Shown here: in pieces, positions 36,601-46,800 of the stretch
How the letters are laid out: every line of letters begins with the position of its first letter
How positions within the stretch are numbered: the first letter of the stretch is position 1
DNA from: Bugula neritina
Lineage: Eukaryota > Animalia > Bryozoa
Assembly: GCA_964035545.1 (NCBI GenBank)
Contig: OZ037768.1
Location: 18,645,700 to 18,709,699, forward strand
DNA length: 64,000 nt
Reading direction: 5' to 3'
Translations under genes and position numbers: made by a program
The notes under the pieces: generated by a model
Seen by the model: only the letters and a program-made list of their open reading frames with translations
Databases searched by the model: none
What the model was told of the DNA's origin: nothing

Positions 36601-38503
36601 AAATAAATGGACTAAGGCCTTGTGATTAGCCTCCAGATATGAACAGACTTTGTGCATGTGATTTAGCTTGCTACTGTACGTGCTCTTTATTCTTATCCAA
36701 CCAAATACTATCGTATCTTAGTATCGTTAATATTAATTTTTAGTAATATAATTATATGCAACCATTATTCAATGCAACATGTTATAGTGAATAATAATAA
36801 AAAGTGTTGTTCGAATTCCTCCTACTTTTTAGCAAAATGATAGCTGAAAAATTTAATAGAAGAGGACATCTAAAAGATCTAAAATTCAATTGAACCAACA
36901 CCTTAACTTCAGAGGGAACCATTACCATTTAGCTGGCAGAAGAAAAAGACGCAGTATATATATAAACAGATTTATTCAATACTAAAAAGTTTCTTCCTGT
37001 ACAGAATACTATAAGGGTGGACACCATTTCTTTCAAACAAATATAGTTTGGCAAATAATTTCTCAGTATAAATGAAAGCAATGTTTGCAGTTTAATTTGA
37101 CAAACTTGAGCATAGATTACTTTGCTATCAGCTATTTATAATTAGTCACAGCTCAACTCATGGAAAGATTACACTATAGACTTTCAATACAGCAGCTCAT
37201 CATTTTCTGTTATGTTGTTTGGCAAGCAAAAACACTTTATATGTATTATTGTTAATAGATTGCAAAATTTAATCCTGTTAGGCCAATATACACTATACAT
37301 CAACTGTTGTATGTTATAAGCTATACACATGACCTGAATAATGTTTCTATAATATGCTGACAGTGGCTACCTAAATAATATAACAAGCCAATTCGAAGCA
37401 AATAATTGCATTATTTTGTTAAACTTGAAAGTTACAGAAACAGACATTTAATAAAAGCTCAAGATTATCTCACTACTCTAAAATTTTCGATTTATTATTT
37501 TTAAAACTATAATGCATCTGACCAAATAATATTTAACAAACTCACTTTTTAACTACTGCTTACAACTAATCTACTTGTGAAATATTTTTCTAATAACACT
37601 GACAACTGCTAAAAGTACCACAGGGAAAGAAATATATTTTTGTCTTAATTGCTAGAAGCTACATGGATACTACTCACTAGGTGGAAGTTGAGAACAGAAG
37701 ATTTCATCTGTACAGCAGCGTGGTTGATCAGTCTTCTCTATTGACATCTTTCGACATCGGAAGCTCTCTCTGTCTGGAGTCAGTGGACTGCACGAGTAGA
37801 TTGGAGCAGCAAACACACCCATAGCTGTACAGTTGAACACATTGCAAGTGTCCTGCCATGTTTCACCAACTTTGTAGAAGATGTCTCCAAATTTACAGTA
37901 AAGCTGTGATGAAACTGAAACAAAATCAAATAAGATTATCATTATTATATAATCAATATTTTATAACAACTCTATTGCAAGCCGTATAAACAGTAATAAT
38001 TAATGGTTAGATGTTATCAGTATTAATCCTGAGGAAAAATTGCCTTTTTAATTAAAATTTACTGTTACTTATTGCCACCTGATTACAAAGGGTGTCCGTT
38101 ATTTCATTTGTTCTAGAAGTTGTTGAACTAATGATAAAATTAATGGCTCCAATAACATACATAATGTTAGCATATACAATAACTATAACATGATATAAAA
38201 TAAAACTGACTCCTAAATAGTAAGGCCATTATGCTAATTGTAGCACATTTTGCACAGCTATATTGGCAACTTATCAAAACATTTCCAATTAATTATTGTT
38301 GGCATTTCTTCTAAATGATTAGTATTTATTATTATAGAATGTAAGTAAACGTAAAAAAAATGTAAATACAACCTATTATATATACACATACTGTCATATT
38401 AAGACTTACCTTGCGATTGTCTATACTTAACATTGTATACTTGAGCTATAGAAAAGAAAATTTGTAAGTAATATAAAGCAAGTACAGCTTTGATAAACAT
38501 CAT
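21607..38503 (-). CDS. Adhesion G protein-coupled receptor (signal peptide, VWC-like, 2 C-type lectin, Ig-like, SEA-like, HormR-like, GAIN/GPS, 7TM)
   Basis: Signal-peptide exon 38503-38410; Cys-rich exon 37914-37678; lectin exons ~35969-30410; GPS CGFW..W..GC..CSCNHLTDFSVLL ~24270-24440; 7TM exons ~23807-21607 (LGLTWIFG, FCICNSIQGLLIFIFH, VRKKW). Several internal exon boundaries are approximate. Confidence 0.88.
22981..23194 (+). mobile_element. tRNA-Thr-derived SINE copy
   Basis: Same head and body as 2589-2784. Confidence 0.85.
25258..25400. mobile_element. Diverged copy of the ~165-bp TTAGGTGCAGTA-TIR MITE
   Basis: TGCAGTAATAGAGAAGTTGAAAAAAGCCAGTGTTCTAGA ... TGCTCCTAA, similar to 52599-52763. 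Confidence 0.6.
27266..27651. repeat. (CTACT)n pentanucleotide microsatellite
   Basis: About 385 bp of CTCTA units with occasional CACTA variants. Confidence 0.98.
30143..30315 (+). mobile_element. Old, diverged SINE copy
   Basis: AGCAGCTGTGGTTAAGTGGTTAG head and TGTGCTACATATGAA..AAGTCCTTAGCCTG body resemble the Thr SINE. Confidence 0.45.
34630..35050. repeat. Minisatellite: ~44-bp unit x4 followed by ~22-bp related units
   Basis: CACTATTGGTACTGTGTAATATAACTAGTAGTACTGTGTAGTAG repeats, then CACAAATAGTACTATATAATAT repeats. Confidence 0.85.
35320..35875. repeat. Complex ATAGC/ATATAGT microsatellite interrupted by a SINE
   Basis: CATATAGTATATAGCATATAGCATACAA units on both sides of the SINE at 35523-35728. 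Confidence 0.9.
35523..35728 (+). mobile_element. tRNA-Thr-derived SINE copy
   Basis: GCCGTGATCTAAGGGTTAGAGCGTTTGTCTAGTAAGC...GGGTTCGAGCC followed by the family body. Confidence 0.85.
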
Positions 38504-39468
38504 AGGTTCAATTTATTTTGCAGCTACACAGAATTGTGCAAACGTTTCTAATGTCTAGCAAACGCTTAGCTCTTTATCTTTGTTACTATGTGACTAATGG
38601 AAGGTAGCCGCACTTATCACTAACTGATGGTGTGTGCCGTGTGTGTATGTCATAGATAGGATTTCATAGTAAAAGCATCCATCATCATAACTACTTTATC
38701 AAATGAACTATTGTCATGCATAGCTGGTTTACATCATTCCTATTCCTGAATACCTGTGAAGTGTAAATGGATGAACAGTCAACAGAAAGGATATTTTTAT
38801 TGGTTACATTATAATTTACAAAAATTATTATAATTATTCTTTAATGCAGGTATGAAAAAAATAACAACAAAATAAAAAATAATAACAATAATAATGAAAA
38901 CATGAGGGCAAGTTAATATAGATGCATAACTTTGAAATAGTTTTATATATGAATCTGAAAGGGGGAGTAACCCCTATGGCTGTTGGAACAAGTAGAACTG
39001 GTTATCCGTTTCAGTAATTAACAGAAGTACAAAGTATATAACTATTTTAAGCTTCTCAAAGTTGGTAATGTTGCTTTAATTGCTTTTGAAATAATAAAAA
39101 AGGTTACAAAAATATCCTATTCATTTATTAGATGGCCTTATAATATTATAGCTTAAACTATATATTTTAGTTTCCGATCCAATGTGACATGTGTAAAGCA
39201 AATAAAATATAACTCAGTAAAAATATTTCATGCTTTAAACCCAAAACATTAGACTAGTTGGTGATAAAATACAACCACTCTTTATAATTTTGAACCAATA
39301 AGATTTTAGATACGCAAATCACAACACAAAGTTTATTAATTCAAATATTAAGACGTTGTGAACTTTGCTATTCTCAACGCAACTACAACTCAAAGTCACA
39401 AACTCACTTTAAATCAGCCAAGACAGTTTATTGAGCAGCGAATCACTGAATTAACATCACCACTCACC

Positions 39469-40095
39469 ATGTCCACTACTTCAACCACTATGTGTCTGTC
39501 CACTGTGTTCGGTAAAGGCGAGAGAATGTGGATTAACAGAGTGTTACAAAATAGACGACCAGTAAGTAAAATGTTTTCATGCATAGCAATTTGTTTTAAA
39601 ATTTGCTATATTTACTAATTTGGTAACTTATAGCTATTGCTTGAAAAAATAGTTTAAACTTTTTGAATTATGATTGCAATTAGCTCATAGAATACAGTAT
39701 TTTCATTTTACAAATTACTAGGATGAAAGAATAGAGATAAAGCAAGAGCTGAAAGCCATCCAGAAATTATATCAAAACTCAAATATATCAAAATCCCAGC
39801 TAACTCAACTAATGACTGCTGTATTAACACAGGTAAACATGTTAATTATGGACTATATACAATGCTATAATTTTCTCTACAATAAAAATGCTTTAAATAA
39901 CTGACTAGTTTGACTATTATAGCATATTATATTAAGCAAAGCATCATTATGCCTATAATGTATATAACATAATCCTATAATTTATATACACTAAAATTAC
40001 ATCATAAAATGAGTTGCTTTAAATATATGGCATGGTTTTCCATATAATTTTAAAATTATATAAGCTTTTTATTACTATTGCAGATAAGGAAATGA
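39469..40095 (+). CDS. Candidate small orphan protein, 71 aa, 3 exons
   Basis: Exons 39469-39561, 39722-39832, 40084-40095; Kozak ACCATG; donors CCA|gtaagt and CAG|gtaaac; acceptors ctag and tgcag; all phase 0; AATAAA downstream near 40346. Confidence 0.55.
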
Positions 40096-41568
40096 GCATC
40101 TGAAATAGTGAAAGTCACTATTATTAACTAGAATGATGAAAGGAGATAATAACTCCATGCTGTGACATCTACACCCTGTTCTAGATACAAACCAGAATAT
40201 GGTTATATCATTTATATACCCATAGATGGAAGATTGTAATAGATTAGAATCATTGAAACTAACCTATCCAGTTGAAGATTGGAACAGTGATAAATGAATG
40301 ACAAATACAAGAAGAAAGATGAGAGAGAATAGTAACTAAGGCTATAATAAAAGATAATTGGCCACTATTATAAATTGTGTATGCAGAACTATATTATTAT
40401 ATATAACAGGTGTTATACTTTTTATATTTATGTTTTTTTCTCATATAAGCTCTACAACTTATTAAAAGTTCACCCTTTTATTTAGTTGTATTATTTTTCT
40501 ATTCTTTATTATTTATTGGGTGTTGAAATATAAATATTGAATAAAACCACATTATTGCATAGATTGTTTTTGAACGTGAAATACGCATAATTATAATATT
40601 GTTTTTATAAGAATTGGGTGCAGTTAATTACTAACAATTTTGCTTACAAAACTCAAAATTTCCACTGTAATCAGATTATATCATAAATGGTTTTGGCTCA
40701 AATGACAATGCATACAATATTATGCATATTGTATTTCAATTGTATGTAATTGTATGTGTAATTTAGTTGATTTTGAAATACGATTGACCACAGCGAAAAA
40801 AGAACAAGTGTTTTGCGCTGTGGTCAATTTTATTTCAATATTTCAAACTCATTAAAGTGACCTCATTTTGGCCATTTAATAGTCTTCATTTAACATTTTA
40901 ATTATCTCCAAGACATGCACAGGTTCCTTGAGTTAATAGTCAGAAATATTACAAGACTGAAAGCAGTAATTATAGCTATTTTAGTCTATTTTGTGGAAAT
41001 ATGTTCTGTAACAATAGAATTTATATTCTACAAAAACAAGATCCATCTACAAAAACAAATATGCGGGTTTGTTAAACACTTACCTACGTAAAACTGATGC
41101 ATGTGTATATAAGTTTTAAAATTTACTTTTTCTACTAAATTTTTCACATAATTTTGGCAAAGAATTAAGCCTACAGTTATTTATTGTAACCTAAACAGTG
41201 CTGTGTAAAAAGTACATGTATGCACGTGTGCGTGTGTAAAGATTGGTCATTAAAAACTGTTGTTTCATGAAAAATTGAATGAAATTTAGAGATTGCAATG
41301 AATTTATTTTGTATAGATGCCTTTTAATCTTTGTTGGTTTTTTAATGGTAGCCTCTCTTTGTAAATTACTACTTGTATTACAATTCGCAGCTATAATTTA
41401 TAGTTTATACGAAGTATGAATGCTATTCATTGTAAAATTGCTATTTTTGGTAGAGCTCAAGGTTTACCTGAGTCATAGAGTTATCTTTTCTATAAGAGAC
41501 CAGGATTACATAGAAAAGATAACTCTGATATTAGAGGAATAGGAAAAGAAAGAACGAAATTTTTCTAT

Positions 41569-41711
41569 AAGCAGCTCCGAGTTATGAGTGACTGAGTGCA
41601 GGAATTTGGGATTATTAATTTCTGGGTTACGTCACCCCAACTGTAAACTTCACCGGCTTTCCATGTACTGTTAAACCACTGCACTCAGTCACCCCGAACT
41701 TGGTGCTGCTT
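41569..41711. mobile_element. Small TIR element (33-bp imperfect inverted repeats)
   Basis: AAGCAGCTCCGAGTTATGAGTGACTGAGTGCAG vs the inverse of CTGCACTCAGTCACCCCGAACTTGGTGCTGCTT (5 mismatches). Confidence 0.55.
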
Positions 41712-43876
41712 TTATAACAGTTCTAAATATAGAAAGGGGGTTCTCTTTCCACAGCTGTTAGTGCTTGCAGTAATTATTCATGTAGTAATTAATTATTTAT
41801 TCTGTAAACTCTCAGTAACGTTTGCACTACTATTTCTTTACGAATACTGACTTATAAATTTAATAATTAGTAATGAACTAAGACTAAATCACTGAGTAAT
41901 GAACAATTCCAAACAGCCACACTGACACTTGCACTGACAGTGACTCTCACTCTCACTCTGACTCTGAGTCTTATGACTGATGAGAGATGACAGAATCTGA
42001 TGAGTGATGTCTGATACAGTCACCGATAATGAAACTCAATCTGATGTAATATTAGTATTACTATTAGTATTACTGTACTAGTAGTAGTAGTACTACTACT
42101 AATACTAATGTCTAATACTAATAGTAATAGTTATAGTAATACTAATACTAATAGTAATACCAATACTGAATAAGGCAATATGAATACTAATACTAATAGT
42201 AATAGTAATACTATTAGTATTACTATTAGTATTAGATTTATTAGTAGTCTTAGCAATATTAGTAATATTAGTAATATTACTAATTTTAATACCTATTACT
42301 TACTAGTTACTAGAGTACTGCTACAGAATCAGAATGAGTATGAATGTCACTCTAATCTCTATCAGTGTGCGACTATGAATATGAATACTAGAAGTAGGTC
42401 CTACCACCAAGCACTACCACTGCTCTTAAGTATCACCTGTACCACTATTAATCAATTTTAGTGACTAGGTATACTAATAGTAATCCTAGTAATACTTTAC
42501 TAATACTTGTCACTAAATGTATCACTATCAGTAATTATAATAGTGATAGTATCACTATTATAATTATAATTACTCAATTAGTGAATTACATTAAATTTAG
42601 AGTTACAAGTTAGGAATTGAAATAGAAGGGTTTAGTATGTTCCTTTTACTTTTGGTGTTGCAATGACCTTCATAATGATAATCATTACGATTATGATAAT
42701 CATAATCATAACGGTACTCGTGATAGTGATTACTGTATATTCCATAACTATAAGGGTAAGCCTATTACCTAGAGTAGCCACTAGTGGCTTGTACTATTAA
42801 TATGAGATTTAGATGATAATATTAGTATCAAGAGTATTGTTACTGAGTGTGTGTCAAATTAACAGTATAACTATTTAGAATCAATATGAGTGTCAGTATA
42901 CAGATTTGTTGATATCGTTATGATTATTGATTAGAATGAACTTTAAGTAACTAACACTATAAGTTATACGTTTAACATATCTGATATAGCTAAGTATAAT
43001 TACTTGAACTTGAACTTATAGTTATAAGTATAAGATTAAGAATATGTTATATTTTATTTATTAAATTATTATTTAGTTTAATAATATGAATATACCTATA
43101 TTTAGCAGTGATTAATATCTTTCCAAAAATTGAAAAATTATGCTTTGGAACCAAAGAATATAATAGACTGCGATAAAACTAATACCAAAAAATGAATTTT
43201 CAAGTCATCTTAGTTTCACTAATGAATGAAGCACACACCCTTCGTAGCGAAAAAAAATTGTGTGATTTAAGAAAACTTTTGCTTCACAAGATATACTATT
43301 CAGTGCTTGCTGACAGGCAGATGACATATGCGAATAACTGTTTCAAGGAGTTAGTCGCGTGTTTTATGCCTCACGCCCACAATAAATACTATCTTTAACT
43401 TAGAATTACTTGGTAGTAACCAGGTATCCCAACAAATGCTGGGAAAATTGAAAGCTGTATATAAAACAATATAACCAGTAGGTGTAGTAGAGTGCGGGGA
43501 TAATAATAAGATTACCTTTCATTTAAAATGAGTTCAACCACATTTATTTATAGCTCTCTGAACCCTTTAACATTGCTTAAACTTATGGCAAATTATTGTC
43601 AGTAAACTTTCTTTATAATATTGTTTAATTGAAGTTGTTTTAAAAGTTAAATAATTAGCAGCAGCGATCAAAAAGGTACCACTGTGAATAGATAATGATT
43701 TTCAAAAAGTGACTGCTACCTTAGTTTAATCAATGTTATTCTCAAATCTTCAAGTACATTGAGCACTTGAAAGTTGACACAAACTGAAGGTACTTTGAAG
43801 GTTTTTCACTGCTGAAAAACTCACTGTTAAGCTACATTATGGCTGTTGAGGTTTTGATTTTGCAATTTCAGATCAG

Positions 43877-46800
43877 ATGTTGACTTCCAGTTATTCCGCC
43901 ACTTCATATGCTTTCTATGCTTGTAAATCAAACAGGTAAATAACCAGACATTTAATATTGTTTTATTACATTTACATGTAGTATTATTATTATTGCTAGT
44001 TCTTATTGAACCAGTATAAAATCTTAATCTAGTGGAAAAATTTAACTCTGTTTTCCATGTAGACTTACAAGTTTGCTAACAACATTGCCGGCTACAAATG
44101 ATCATGATTTGGCCAGTTTTCTCGAAAAGCGGTTAACAAGAGGGACAATGTTTGCAGGCAGTGGTCAGATCGTTACTATTGATCTTGGGTAAGTATAGTA
44201 TGAGGTGAATAGATATACTTATCAAATAAGTTGCATGAAGTTTTATTTCTACTATTGGTTTGTTAAGCTTAGCATGGACTCTTGGCACTTTTGCGATGAT
44301 ACTCAAGGTTTTGTGGCTCAATTTTTTATTCCAGTTTGCCGCAATTCCTAGTTATATTTTATAATTAATCTTAAACAACGTCTTCTGTACTCTACGCCAC
44401 TGATGAAGATTCTTTCCACCATTTTGTGTTCATAATTTGTATGCTGTCTGTTTGTTATTGTTGATATTTTTTGGTTAGTTTTAAAGTTAGTCATTAGCAG
44501 AGAGATGCATTTCAACTTGACGTTGTCATATTCTTTTACAAACTATATATGCTCACCTAGGCAATATTTAGCTCAGTGTCTCTTTCTTATACCAGCACAT
44601 CTATGATATTCTTACCATAAGACAGTTAATTCTCAGCAGTTGGTAGTCATGTTTGAGTGGTTTCTTTGCATCGGTTTTTCTATTCAACAAGGCAGTGCCA
44701 TTGTTTCATAACATTTTCATTTTTATGTAAAACTTATTTTTTCTGGTCAGAGTTGGAGTTGTCTATCTTTATTTTCTCTCATTTCTATTGTTAACAACTA
44801 CACTATCCCCTTACAGACTAAACTATTATTTTGGTTTTGCCTTTGCTTTCCTTGCACTCTTATTCGTTGCATGGTCTTCTTACTCAACATTTTGGGTATA
44901 TCATGGTATTCTCATATTCTCTGTTGCTTCAATCATAGGCCAGTGTTTGATGGATCAAACCTCATTGTCATACATGTATACATGTTGTCTAATACTGGCA
45001 AGAATAAAGAGACGCGATAATAATGAGATTTTCTTGTTCTATAGCATTCTGGTTATGTCTTTACATTGGTCATATGCAACTCTAGTAGACATGTACGGTT
45101 CTACTCTGTATAATTTTTTATCAATCAATATTATATAATCCTAAAGGGATTTACTCAGTCTACCTAGCATAAAGATATGTGCACCAGAAAAAGTAATTTT
45201 ATAATCAGGAGAGCAAAGGTGTGAATACATTATGTAAGACTAAAGGATACTTTTTATATAAAAACTTTGTGAAAACCCTTGATGGAAAGGACTTTTTATA
45301 TGGCAAAGGAGTTATTATGACTGAATGCTCTTTCTAACATCACCAATGGTTTTTACTAAGCCAGCACTCTAACCCCTACACCACAACTGCTCCCTATAAT
45401 GATGCTTTTTATATAGTGCAATATATTTGTACCAAGCACAATGTTGGTTTAGAACTCACCAGTCTCTAATTTTCTCATATAGTGAAACAAGTGCAGGTAG
45501 CAGAAAACTTAAAGTTGATGCAGGTGACAGCTCAATCAATTCATCTCGACTATAACTCACTTTGTTGCTTTCTACTATTAGTTCGAGCATCTTTCTTCTA
45601 CTCTCTCCCATCATCATTACTGTATGCCAGGTTGTGTTAGACATTGTCTATAAAGAATGTAGTTCAGAAAGAATTCTTACTCATTTCATCTGCGATAGTA
45701 TCATGATGATTGTGAAGGAGCAGCCGTGGTCTAGGGGTTAGAACGTTTGCTTAGTAAACACGAGGCCATGGGTTCGAGCCCAGATAAAGGCCATTGGTGA
45801 TGTTAGGAAGAGCATCCAGTCATAATTGCTCCTGTACCTCATCTTAATAAGTCCTTAGCCTGATTTAACAAAAACCCTTTCTATCAGGGGTTTTCTCACA
45901 GGGATAGCGACTATAAACTTTCGATAGTATCATGATGATTGTGAAAAGTGATGGACTTATAGTGAAGCCTGCTGTGGTCGTACTCATATACTTACCTGCT
46001 CTTTAACTTACATATCAGCTGTACGTAAACCCGGAAGTCTGTGAAAGTGACAATATATGTATTTGAAAGATTACGTAACTAGTCTGTACATTTCCTTATA
46101 GAATTGAACCAGCCCAGTGTTACTACTGCATTCTAAATCCACGAGATTCGGCTGATGATGACCAGTTTCTGGTTTGTTTTGTTACTGAATGTAACAGAGG
46201 GCTAGAGTCGTTCAGAAATCAACTTGATCAGTATGCGCAGATAATGGAAACGGCATTGAAAAGTACTGTGAGTTTCCTCGACTTTTTTAATGCATTTAAG
46301 CTATGATATGTTATTCAGTGTAATGGTCGGTTTGTCATAACGAAAATGTAAGGAAAGAATGCACTGCAGTTTGTAGAGCTAGGTTGCAGTCAAAGCAAGT
46401 CAACTCAATGGTTACTATACCAAGTTACTATGCCAAGTTCAAGCTAATTAATAGCTTGAGTCAGTTTGACTTCACTTGCAAATCTTTGATCAAGTAAATA
46501 AACACTGTGTTCATTTTACAAAATTGTTATTTAATAATAGGATGAACTTAGCTTGATATTTTGTTGCTAAAAATATCATTTTTAGAATACTGTAACAAAT
46601 TGAAACATTGTCTAAGATAAAAAATAGTAAAAATATTTGCATCGTCGACATTGTGCTTAAATCGTAGCTAGCACCTGTATTGGTAGCCGGTGCTTGCATT
46701 GGTAGTTGTCTTCTCATTCTATATATCTTTTAGGATATGCATAACATCAGTGAGGTCATGACCCCACTCCTTGACAATTGGTACACGGAATGCCTCTTGT

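Noticed and set aside
44788-45138. Hydrophobic 116-aa ORF as a possible transmembrane exon of Njmu-R1
   Set aside because: Flanking exons join in phase without it and match Njmu-R1 continuously.
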